From Octopus sinensis (Eukaryota), in the NCBI RefSeq assembly GCF_006345805.1, contig NW_021835046.1:1-43261 (forward strand): a DNA stretch of 43,261 nucleotides. Reading direction: 5' to 3'. The notes below the pieces were generated by a model. The model saw nothing but the letters and a program-made list of their open reading frames with translations. It was not told the origin of the DNA and searched no databases. This document shows positions 23,360 through 34,265 of the stretch, in pieces (the stretch's first letter is position 1; each line of letters opens with the position of its first letter). The translations under genes were made by a program, and so were the position numbers.

Positions 23360-23360
<1 letters not shown>
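21862..23360 (+). pseudogene. 5'-truncated R4/Dong-type non-LTR retrotransposon (RT thumb, CCHC finger, RLE endonuclease), one premature stop, 3' UTR, (AAT)n tail
   Basis: ORFs 21892..22179 and 22231..23187 are in one frame; KADVDRLYLPRAQGGRGL; CPFCNDMIETVDHLISGC; ILWDF..KPDIVV..LIDMSIP..KLRKYKDL. Confidence 0.93.
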
Positions 23361-23415
<55 letters not shown>

Positions 23416-24035
23416 CCGTTCTACTATACGCATAAGGCCTGAAATTTGGGGGTGGGATATAGTTGATTGCATTGATCCCGGTCAAGTGCTTGTACTTATT
23501 TTATCGACCCCGTAGGAATGAAAGGAAAAGTTGATCTCAACTGAATTTGAAATCAGAACGTAAAGACGGACGAAATGCAGTTATATGTTATGCACGACGC
23601 CTTAAGAATAATAATCCTTTCTACGATAATCACAAGGCCTGAAATTTTATGGGAAGGGACTAATCAATTACATGAATCCCAGTGTATAACTGGTACTTAA
23701 TTTATCGACTCCCGGAAGGATAAAAGGCAAAGTCGACCTCGGCGGAATTTGAACTCAGAAGGTAATGGCACGCAAAATACCGCTAAGCATTTCGCCCGGT
23801 GTGCTAAGAATTCTGCCAGCTCGCCGCCTTAATAATAACATTCCTTTCTCCTCTAGGCGGGGAGGATGGCTGATTACATCGGCCCCAGTATTTCACCAGT
23901 ACTTAATTTATCGACCCCGGAAAGATAAAAAACAAAGTCCACCTCGGCGAAATTTGAACTCACACCGTAGCGGCAGACGAAATATAGCTAAGCATTTCAT
24001 CCAGGACGCTAACAATTCTGCCAGCTCGTCGCCTT
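23416..24035 (-). mobile_element. Three tandem SINE-A copies (23416-23603, 23616-23830, 23841-24035) separated by short AAT runs
   Basis: Repeated CCTTTCT..AAGGCCTGAAATT..TTTATCGAC..GCCAGCTCG.CGCCTT AATAAT. Confidence 0.9.
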
Positions 24036-24051
24036 AATAATAATAATAATA

Positions 24052-24102
<51 letters not shown>

Positions 24103-24124
24103 TAATAATAATAATAATAATAAT

Positions 24125-24184
<60 letters not shown>

Positions 24185-24230
24185 AATAATAATAATAATA
24201 ATAAAAATAATAAAAATAATAATAATAATA

Positions 24231-24448
24231 ATGCAGTACGAGCAGTACGTGACTTCTGATCTTAACTGATTGGAAGTGTTATCATGTACATTGTTTTGTC
24301 TCGGTATAAAACATGGGTGCAGCAAATATTCTGATTGTGATGCATGTGCCTGGTGTACCCTTATCAGACGGGTAGTCATGATGGGTATACTGGGCTTCGT
24401 ATATTTTACCCCAGTGTCACTTTGATGGCATGCAGTGCTCTCTTACTC
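24231..24448 (+). mobile_element. Element C, copy 3, internally deleted (~330 bp missing)
   Basis: Joins ..CAGCAAATATTCTG to ATTGTGATGCATGTGCC..; both ends retained, (AAT)n flanks. Confidence 0.85.
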
Positions 24449-24464
24449 AATAATAATAATAATG

Positions 24465-24540
<76 letters not shown>

Positions 24541-24627
24541 TCCTTTCTACTGCAGGCACAAGGACTGAAATTTTGGGGGAGGGAACTAGTCGATAACAGC
24601 CAACGAATTCAGAATTTATACATATAT

Positions 24628-24792
24628 GCGACGTGATTCTTTCAGTTTCCGTCCACCAAATCCACTCACAAGGCTTTGGTCGGCCCGACGCTATAGTAGA
24701 AGACACTTACCCAAGATGCCACGCAGTGGGACTGAACCCGGAACAATGTGGTTGGTAAGCAAGCTACTTACCACACAGCCACTCCTGCACCT
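24628..24792 (-). mobile_element. SINE-B 5' half
   Basis: TTCTTTCAGTTTCCG..GCTATAGTAGAAGACAC..CCACACAGCCACTCCTGC. Confidence 0.85.
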
Positions 24793-24989
24793 GAATAAAA
24801 AAAAATGAAAGTAATGGTGATCAAAACGAAGTCAGGGATTGTATCTTTTGGATCACAGCATAGTGTGTACTAAATATGAAGAAAAAATTGCTGAATTTTT
24901 AATTCGCGCTTCTTTACAACATAAATCATATACAAAATTCAAATTTACATTATTCAAAATCGTGTTTGAACTCATGACGGTCAACTTGC

Positions 24990-25470
24990 CGGACATGTAA
25001 GGCTTTAGTGAGGACCACGATGGAGCAGTGTTCCAACATTTGGATCGTTGCTGTTACTACACATATTAGCATCCTAGACAGCGCTGGATTACATATACAG
25101 AAGAACCACTTGACTGTTCAGCACTCCATTACTAACGCATGCACTGTATCTTTTGGTCCAGAGGTGTGATGTGTCATCTGTTTATCTTTTCTATTACTGT
25201 TATAATGCACTCCACTCCTCAGCGGTGACTGGATCGGTACCTACAACACCTAAGTGCTTCCCGTCTCACTCGCCTCTCCACCTTTCCTCAACCTCGTTTC
25301 GTGCCCAAACATCCTTTCTCTGCACTATCCACTATGCACAATCCTTCCCCTGCAGAACATCTACACTTTGGAATTTCTTCCCGGTTCGTGTCTTTCCGGC
25401 AACTGAAAAGCAGCAACATTTTTAAACGAAACATTAACGGCATCGATCTTACCAGTCTCGTAGAGGCTGC
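24990..25470 (+). pseudogene. CR1/L2/Jockey-group LINE RT C-terminal fragment
   Basis: CKALVRTTMEQCSNIW..HISILDS ... HYAQSFPCRTSTLWNFFPVRVFPA..FKRNINGIDL. Confidence 0.65.
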
Positions 25471-26274
25471 AAGACTCTGTCCTGTCCTTCAGATTCAACA
25501 AATATTTTAAAGGAAGTAAATGAAATACAAGAATGGGAAACACAAATTGGATAACCTCTCAAAATACGAGGAGAAAAACCGACACGGAGGTTTGATCAAG
25601 ACTCCTTATTGGTCCAAATCTGTTTCTGAGCCATTTTCTTATTTCTGCTCTGGTATCCATGTACTTATATATTTCAGAAATACTTGCGAACAATTTCAGT
25701 ATCAGAACGATCAAACACAAAAAAAAAAAAAAAAAAAGAGAAAAGAAAAGAAAAAAAACCTTTACGTCTAGGTGATAGTTCACGTAAAGTTTGTTGGAAG
25801 TGTGCTTAAAAACGAATTCTTTAATATCCTGATTTCTCAAGCTCCATGTAATCAGATCCTATCTCCTCACCAATCTGTACTTAATTCGTCCCAAAGAAGT
25901 CGCTAAAAATGTTACGCCTTCCACTATTCTAATCTTTCGGGCTCTGTTTTCATTCCCTTTTTCTTTGTGTGTGTTTTTTTTCTTTCTTCTTTTTACATTT
26001 CCAACCTCTGCTAGGCTTTCATCTCCTATTCATTGCTACTAGATTTTGAAATGGTGCTACTATTTATAACACACGAAAAGAGGCCCTCCTTTTCCCAGTC
26101 GACACAAGAGATCGAGGACAAGTTATTTTTTATTTCATCTTTTCCTGAAAACCGCTTGGTGATGTTCCAGAAACAGTAGTCCCATAGCTAGCTATTGCAT
26201 TTTATATTAATTTTTAGCTTTTCCAGATTTTCTACGTAGGAAGCCCTTATATGACCGTTATTGTCACATGTATA

Positions 26275-26490
26275 TATTTCTTTACTACCCACAAGGGGCT
26301 AAACACAGAGGGGACAAACAAGGACAGACAAAGGGATTAAGTCGATTACATCGACCCCAGTGCGTAACTGGTACTTAATTTATCGACCCCGAAAGGATGA
26401 AAGGCAAAGTCGACTTCGGCGGAATTTGAACTCGGAACGTAACGACAGACGAAATACGGCTACGCATTTCGCCCGGCGTGCCAGCTCGCC
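26275..26490 (-). mobile_element. SINE-A long-tail subfamily, young, 18-20 bp TSD
   Basis: (CC)GTTATTGTCACATGTATA at 26255-26274 and 26489-26508. Confidence 0.92.
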
Positions 26491-27654
26491 GTTATTGTCA
26501 CATGTATAGCAACTAGGCTTTCTAGTGTGAACGACCTTCTCTCAGTTCTCAATACAAGACACAACTCCTGATCGTTTTATTGTCTTGTGGGATTCACAGA
26601 GAGTGGGTGGTTCATAAACACCGTATCCGTTAGCACATGGTTGAAGTCAGCAGACCAGTTGCCTATATCTTGCTATATATATATGACCATGGACCAGGAA
26701 ACATCATCATCACCGTTGTCTATTACAGTGATCATTTTCTTCGTTCCAAATACTATGGGCTTTATTTTTGGGTATATATGTGAGGCCATTACCGAGCTTG
26801 TCGCTTCTCCTCTTCATAAATTTTAAAATCAGCAGAGATTTATGTGTCCTCCGTTCGATATAGGACATCCAACTCCACATACAATTGTATTAGAACGGTA
26901 CAAATAAATCTTTCTAAGGCTTTGGCAATCCTCGGGTTCTTTGCATCCCTTCTCTCTCATACCCGTATGATAGTTTCACATGGAAATACACCTGTTTCTG
27001 TCACATAATACTACCATGCAGTCTTTTTGTCTTTTTCTCTTTCGTTAAAATATTACATGTACAAAGTTTGTCTGATGGAAATTATATTTGCCATATGAAA
27101 CAGGCCCTTCACAAAAATTTCTCTCATTGTGAAAATAGAGAGTAGCTTTCATTTGACATTGTGTGTGAGCGAGTGAGTGAGTGAGTGAGTGAGTGAGTGA
27201 GAAATGAGTAGAAAAAGATAGGAAGATTTAAATATTGTTCTTTTTGCCAGAAGTATCTCAAAAACCGCTCTTGACAATATTATTCACCCCAAGGAATAAT
27301 ATTCCCCTTTCAATGCGCATATATTTTACTGCAAAGTGTTTCTGCTACTATTTGAAATCCTTGGAGACTCGTTCACCTTCATAATGATTGTTTTGCTGGG
27401 CGTTTTGCGTCGCCATAGTATTTATGTAACTAAAACATAAAAAAACCCAAAATTTGTATACTAGTAGACTTTCATTTATTTTTTGTCTGGACACTGGATG
27501 GGCAGACTTCCAATGCATATAAACTGCCTGCTTGAAAATGTTCCAAAGAAAAAAATGTCATTATTCTTTGTTGCACTTTAAGCTTCTTAGAATCCACCTA
27601 AGGAAAGCGATACCAAAACACGTCTGAACAGGTCAGCAGTGAATACTACGAATA

Positions 27655-28190
27655 ATTCTTTCTAATTTTGGTACAGAGTCAGCAATTTAAGGGTGAGCGT
27701 GGTAATCGATGCCATTGACCCCCTGTATTAAAGTGGAGAACACATGGCCTAGTGGTTAGAGCATCGGACTCGCGGTCGAGGGATCGCGGGTTCGAATCTC
27801 AGACCGGGCGATGTGTGTGTTTATGAGCGAAACGCCTAAGCTCCACGCAGCTCTGGCAGAAGGTAATAGCGAACTTCTGCTGACTCTTTCGCCACAACTT
27901 TCTCTCATTCTTACCTCCTGCATCTTGAAGCTCACCTGCGACGGACCGGCGTCCCGTCCAGGTGGAGAAACTATACGCCAAAGAAACCGGGAAACGGGCC
28001 CTTATGAGCCAGGCATGGCTCGAGAAGGAACAAATAAACAAACAGCATTCAACTGGTAATTATTTTATTGAGCCCCAAAAGGATGAAAGGCAAAGGCCAC
28101 CTTGGTGGAATTTGAAGTCGGAATGTCAAGGTAGACGAAATTCTGCTATGTATCTAGGCCGGCATGCTAATAATTCTGTCGGCTCACTGT
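27655..28190 (-). mobile_element. Old SINE-A split by a nested SINE
   Basis: Tail part 27655-27730; remainder 28044-28190 (AACTGGTAATTATTTTATTGAGCCCCAAAAGGATGAAAGGCAAAG). Confidence 0.6.
27735..28043 (+). mobile_element. tRNA-derived SINE with V-domain-like segment (SINE-E)
   Basis: A box TGGCCTAGTGGTTAGAGC, B box GGTTCGAATCTC; CCTGCGACGGACCGGCGTCCCGTCCAGG resembles the V-SINE core; (AAAC)n-like tail. Confidence 0.7.
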
Positions 28191-28249
28191 GGATTTCCAA
28201 CCAATGACAAATAGTATCTCATAAACCAGAGAAGATTCGATTAAACTAG

Positions 28250-28640
28250 ACTGTGAAACGCTTGCGGGACTTTAATAGCCAAACCGATAGAGTTCTTGAC
28301 CATACAAGGTCAGACATAATTTTGGTGGTGGGAGGTACTGTAATGAGGTGTTCGTTGATTAATGTAGCTTGCCGAAGAGATTATTATAAGATTGGCAAAG
28401 AAAACGAGAAAATCGTAAAAAAAAAATTTTTTTAATAGTGAAATATGCTGACTTGAGAATATATGTCGAGAGGATGTAAAATATGAAAGCAAGACTGGTA
28501 TAAATTGTGATTGGAACACTTGAGCTGGTAACGAAAACAAAAACCTTCAGAAACACGTTGCGACAATTAGAGTATGTCCCAGGATTACGATATTGCAAAG
28601 ACAATTTTGGGAACTGCAAATATGCTGCAGAAAGAATTGT
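28250..28640 (+). pseudogene. Decayed R4/Dong-type RLE fragment
   Basis: LRDFNSQTDRVLDHTRSDIILV..NVAC..KENEKI..YADLRI..IVIGTL..ILGTANML. Confidence 0.7.
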
Positions 28641-28723
28641 GTACCGGAAGTTACATAACTTGATAGGGAGTCATTTAAACGATCCAGTGTTAACAAAAGA
28701 TCATCACTGTGCAAATGAAGGAA

Positions 28724-28804
<81 letters not shown>

Positions 28805-28806
<2 letters not shown>

Positions 28807-29782
28807 TCTTTAAAGGAAGCTGAAAAATACAAGAAAGAAGTCATAGTACAAGGCAACCATGAAGACAAAGAGGAAACAAAAATAGCCGTAAAACAGCTGA
28901 AATCCAAATTAAAGCTGTATCATGATAAAACGATGGCAAGAAAAGCCCTTACATGGTAAATATTAGGATAAGCTAAACAGAAGAGAAATCGACAAAGCAA
29001 AATCCCAACAATGGTTGAGAAGTTTAGGACTCAGAGGAGAGACTGACAGATTTTTAATTGAAGCACAAGATCAAAACCTCACCACAAGAAATCGCCAGAA
29101 ACATAATGAAGAAAAATACAGGTAACTGCAGAATGTGTGGGATGGGGAAGAAACAATAACTCATATTGTTTCTGGCTGCCCAGTTTTGGCTAAGAAGGAA
29201 TATATCCACAGACGTGACAGAGTTGGGACCTATATACACTGAAAGTTAGGCTAACTCTAGGGAATAACAACACAAAAATGACGGTATAGGCACACCCAAG
29301 AAAAGGTCCCAGAAAATGACAAATTGACCATACTCTGGGATATGCCAATGCACACAGATGGAGAAATCAAGACCAAAACGCCGGATATAGTTGTCAGAGA
29401 TCACCAAGAAAAAACTGCCTTGTATAATCAAAGTATAAATACCAACAGATGACAATGTATCTCCAAAGGAAACAGAGAATCTCTCAAAATATAAAGATCT
29501 GGAAATAGAGGTAACCCGAATGTGAAGTCTAAGAACAAGAACAATCCCTATAATACTAGGTGCCTTTGGTATAATTAAAAGGCATTCAGACAAATATATA
29601 ACCAATCACCAGGGCTTACAGTTGTATATAACATACAGATAATAACACTACTAGCCACAGTGCTCATCCTACGCAAAGCACTTTCAATACAGTGAAAATA
29701 AGAGCACCATAGCATATTCCGAAAGCACACAGAGCTGCATTCAGTAGTGCAGTGAAATCACGTGATAAAAATAAGACTATTG
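28805..29782 (+). pseudogene. 5'-truncated R4/Dong-type element (CCHC plus RLE), several frameshifts, 3' UTR, (AAC/AAT)n tail
   Basis: SLKEAEKYKKE..LHGKY..SQQWLRSLGLRGETDRFLIEAQDQ..CRMCG..THIVSGCPVLAKKEY..ILWDMPMHTD..PDIVV..SKYKDLEIEV..ILRKALSIQ*. Confidence 0.85.
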
Positions 29783-29821
29783 AATAACAACAACAACAAC
29801 AATAATAATAATAATGATAAT

Positions 29822-29908
<87 letters not shown>

Positions 29909-30114
29909 GTAATAATGCAGCCTTACCCTCTCTGTTTTCCTTTCGTCTCACCGATGTCAGTGTTTTCAATTGCAGCACTCCACCTGTGAACATCTTCAGG
30001 TGCAAAACTTTGTTGTCCTTTGATGTCACTAAAGTACAACTTATATAAATTAAAACCAAACCAACATTTATAACAATAATGATGATGATGATGATAATGA
30101 TAATGATAATAATG

Positions 30115-30171
<57 letters not shown>

Positions 30172-30189
30172 TAATAATAATAATAATAA

Positions 30190-30704
30190 GCGATCTTAAC
30201 TGATTGGAAGTGTTATCATGTACATTGTTTTGTCTTGGTATAAAAGATGGGCTACAGCAAATATTCTGCTCAATACCACAGATTGCTTGTCAGTTGTTTG
30301 ACCTTAACCAGTTGAGCATGTCCCTTAGTGGCTGACGATATGTGCATCTCTGATCACGAGCAGAAGTAGTGGGGGAGCATCATAGCCATGTGTTGAGAGG
30401 GATTCTTTGGGGTTTGAATAATTCACCTCTGGAAATATGGGTGGTTCTTTCAACATCCTTAAACAACCCTTATTCAGGGACCGTTTGAGCGGGATGGGCT
30501 ACTCAACCTGAAGAAAATTCTAACTGGGCCCCACCTGCAAGGTCATGTGCTGTTTATCTTGATATGAGATCACCATGTCGCGCACATATGGTGTGATGCA
30601 TGTGCCTGGTGTGTCTTTATCAGACGGGTAGTCATGATGGGTATATTGGGCTTCGTATATTTTACCCCAGTGTCACTTTGATGGCATGAACTGCTCTCTC
30701 ACTC
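30190..30704 (+). mobile_element. Element C, copy 4 (short 5' truncation)
   Basis: Starts at GCGATCTTAACTGATTGG, ends CTCTCTCACTC(AAT)n. Confidence 0.9.
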
Positions 30705-30745
<41 letters not shown>

Positions 30746-30746
<1 letters not shown>

Positions 30747-30954
30747 TTTTACTATAGGCACAAAGCCTGAAATTTTGGGGGAGGAGCCAGTCGATTAGAT
30801 TGACCCTAGGACGCAACTGGTACTTAATTTATCGACTCCGAAAGGATGAAAGGCAAAGACGACCTAGGTGAAATTTGAACTCAGAACGAAGGCAGACGAA
30901 ATACTGCTGAGAATTTTGCCCGGCGTGCTAACGTTTCTGCCAGCTCGCCACCTT
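30746..30954 (-). mobile_element. SINE-A
   Basis: TTTTACTATAGGCACAAAGCCTG...GCCAGCTCGCCACCTT. Confidence 0.9.
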
Positions 30955-31010
30955 AATGATGTTGATGATGATGATGATGATGATGATAAACTATTCTTTG
31001 GGACTTTCTA

Positions 31011-31550
31011 TGCCCTGATGTAGTATCAGGCAGTGGCTCTCGCGGCTTCTGATCTTAACTGATTGGAAGTGTTATCATGTACATTGTTTTGTCTTGGTAT
31101 AAAAGATGGGCTATAGCAAATACTCTGCTCAATACCACAGATTTGCTTGTCAGTTGTTTGACCTTAACCAGTTGACCATGTCCCTTAGTGGCTGACGATA
31201 TGTGCATCTCTGATCATGAGCAGAAGTAGTGGGTGAGCATCATAACCATCTGTTGAGAGGGATTCTTTGGGGTTTGAATAATTCACTTCTGGAAACATGG
31301 GTGTTTTGTTCAACATCCTTAAACAAGCCTTATTCAGGGACCTTTTGAGCGGGCTGGGTTACTCGACCAGAAGAAAATTCTGCAAGGTCATGTGCTGTTT
31401 ATTTTGATATGAGATCACTATGTCACGCACATATGGTTGTGATGCATGTGCCTAGTATACCCTTATCAGACGGGTAGTCATGATGGTTATACTAGGCTTC
31501 GTATATTTTACCCGAGTGTCACTTTGATGGCATGCACTGGTCTCTCATTC
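31011..31550 (+). mobile_element. Element C, copy 5
   Basis: TGCCCTGATGTAGTATCAGGCAG...TCTCTCATTC then AAT run. Confidence 0.9.
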
Positions 31551-31570
31551 AATGATAATAATAATAATAT

Positions 31571-31755
31571 TTTCTACTATAGGCACAGGGCCTGAAATTT
31601 GGGGGAGGACGCTAGCCGATTATATCGACCCCAGTACGCAACAGGTACTTATTTTAACGACCTCAAAAGGATGAAAGGTGAAGTCGACGTCAGCAGAATT
31701 TGAACTTAGAATGTGAAGACGGACGAAATGCTGCTAAGAATTTTGACCAGCGTGT
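31571..31755 (-). mobile_element. SINE-A
   Basis: TTTCTACTATAGGCACAGGGCCTG...GAATTTGAACTTAG. Confidence 0.85.
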
Positions 31756-32181
31756 TAACGATTTTACCTGCTCGTGATTGAACCATTTGGGCCGATGACG
31801 AAACACACTTTGAGAAACACCTTTACACAACTGGAATCTGGGAACAGCAAACATCCTGCAGAAAGTATTGTCTTTATGAGGTTACACATCCTAATATGCA
31901 GTCGGCTAAATGATCTTGTATTAAAATCATAACTGCGCAAATGAGGGGCTAAATAATTGCTTTTGGTTTCTGTACAAGGTTAGTGATTTTGAGGGGGAAA
32001 ATGTAGTCGATACCATTGGCATCCACTTATTGACTAGGTTCCTGCATTTTATCCATGCCAGAAGGACATAAAACACAGTTGACCTTAGCAGGGATTGGAA
32101 TTCAGGACTTAAACACTTGGGAGACATACCGTAAAGCAGCTTTCCCCGACGCTCTAACAGAATGAAGATAATAACAATTGC

Positions 32182-32214
<33 letters not shown>

Positions 32215-32674
32215 TGTTGTTGTTGTTGTAGTAGTAGTAGTAGGAGGAGGAGGTGTGTAGGGGTGAGGAGAGATATAAGATATATCTCTCCCCACCCCTA
32301 CACACTCAGTAATACTATAAAAAGAGACAAAATTCCTGCAAAAGTTCAATTTGACAACTCTACTAGAGTGGATGAAAGCGCTATATATATAATATATGAT
32401 TTCTAAAAACATGTAACATACTAATAAATATCTGTAAATATAAAACCATCCTGATTTCTGAGTACCTCATTTCTTCTAATATATATATATATATATATAT
32501 ATTTGAGTAGTTGAATGAATTATGTTGTTATGGATAATTCGGTTAACCGATACCTGGGTAGCAAATTCACATCAGAGAAGACACGTTTGAAGTTACGTGC
32601 TTTCGTGTGGAAATTTGTATGTTTTTTTTTAAATAAAAATATATGAAAGAATGGAGTTGAACGACGAATTAACA

Positions 32675-32777
32675 AAATTCCTTTATTTTCGACATGTTTC
32701 GAAGGCTGCATATTCCTAATTGCGAAGGAATAAGGAGTATATTATGCCGCTTTCTCATCAGGAAAAGCAAGGAACTT
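32675..32777 (-). ncRNA. Mirror hammerhead motif in the left arm (stem III loop 2 nt shorter)
   Basis: Reverse strand reads CTGATGAGAAAGCGGC...GCAGCCTTCGAAACATGTC. Confidence 0.5.
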
Positions 32778-32902
32778 ATGTCAACATCAAGATGCACAAA
32801 AAACTTTTAGATGACTGCTCACACGGAGCCCATAGTGAAAATCACTATGGGCTCCGTGTGAGCAGTCATCTAAAAGTTTTTTGTGCATCTTGATGTTGAC
32901 AT

Positions 32903-33007
32903 AAGTTCCTTGCTTTTCCTGATGAGAAAGCGGCGTAATATACTACTTATTCCTTCGCAATTAGGAATATGCAGCCTTCGAAACATATGTCGAAAATAAA
33001 GGAATTT
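32903..33007 (+). ncRNA. Type I hammerhead ribozyme motif (PLE-type)
   Basis: Stem I AAGTTCCTTGCTTTTC / GAAAATAAAGGAATTT; CTGATGA at 32919; stem II GAAAGCGGC..GCAGCCTTC; GAAA-C-ATAT-G-TC with predicted cleavage after 32991. Confidence 0.7.
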
Positions 33008-33040
33008 TGTCAATTCGTCGTTCAACTCCATTCTTTCATA

Positions 33041-33130
<90 letters not shown>

Positions 33131-33199
33131 TATATATTATATATATATATATATATAATATATATATATATACTTTATTTTAAGCAGCAGAAAATTCAA

Positions 33200-33249
33200 C
33201 AAAATCTGTTACTCTGAGTTTCTCGTTGCCGTTCATCAGACAGTTTTTG
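33200..33249 (-). ncRNA. Mirror copy of the 35787-35836 hammerhead motif
   Basis: Exact reverse complement in the left arm. Confidence 0.6.
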
Positions 33250-34265
33250 CTAGAATGGAACATATATATTAATTCAATCTATACTCTTACAAACGCTACA
33301 CCTTTAAAAAGAAATGGACTTGTTTGATTGGCCCTTTAGAAAAAACGGTCAATCTTCGAGCGATAAACAAAAAGGTCAAAAATATATGTATATATATATA
33401 AAAAAAACTTATAAAAATTATAAAAATTATAAAATCCGAGGAAAAAACCGAGGAAAAACCTATTGCCGTTAATGAAGACAGTACAAATTAATGCATAGAA
33501 ATTAAACCTGTTATAAATACTGCAATACATATTTATATTAAAATCCACATATATATATCAACATACACAAAAGGATGCGCGTAAACGCCATACATACATA
33601 TACAGACGTATGAATATGAATCTAAATTATACACATAAAAGCATGTGTACATATATTCACGCAAACCGTCTCGCACGCAAGCTAAAATTCATCTATGTAG
33701 CAATTCTCATATACTGAGCAAGGAGGGGGAACGAAAGAAAGGGAAAGAGAGAAAAAGGAACGAAAGAGGGGTGGGGGGGAACTTGTAGCGATGTTATTGG
33801 CATCTATAGAGGCCAGTATACATACACAAGTTTGAATTGATACATATACATACCGTCGTGTGTATGCGTGCTTAAGCACAAGCATACTTTCACTTACACA
33901 TACACAGATACGCATGCTTACAAATACATATGCTTTGCTATACACAAACTTATATAAACATTCTAAATTTGACAACATTGCTTTTTTTTAAAAAACATTG
34001 CTTTTAAAAAATGGGTGCATTAATAAAAATATATACGAAAGACATATAAAATAAAATATAACATCCTATTTTGGGTCATTTATAAATAATCAAGGTAATA
34101 TAAATAATCAAGGTAATCCTATGCAATACAATAACATGAAAACAAAGTTTGTAGGTTTTTCCTAATATATATGTAGAAACAATAAGACTTTGCTATAGAT
34201 CCGTCGTAGCGCTTAAGAGTCAAAATCAAAATCAAAAATCAAAATACAAAATATATACTCTATCC

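Larger units (their letters stand above)
32502..33045 (+). mobile_element. Miniature fold-back Penelope-like element (5' stub plus ~200-bp palindrome of the pLTR end)
   Basis: 32502-32600 matches the reverse of 42421-42520; arms 32637-32838 / 32842-33045 with an AAA loop; arm homologous to 40318-40480; (TA)n flanks. Confidence 0.8.

Noticed and set aside
25550-25920. Possible further Dong RT relic on the minus strand (YKY.., FSD..LEK)
   Set aside because: Only 3-4 residue motifs; not distinguishable from chance
26510-27100. Possible piggyBac transposase relic on the minus strand (..KFMKRR..YIPKNKAHSIW..NGYGVY)
   Set aside because: Motif resemblance is too weak by eye; needs TBLASTX/HMM confirmation
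27740-27812. tRNA-like sequence (also 620-690 and the SINE-A/B heads)
   Set aside because: A and B boxes are present but the sequence continues into SINE bodies and lacks a proper acceptor stem; these are SINE heads, not tRNA genes
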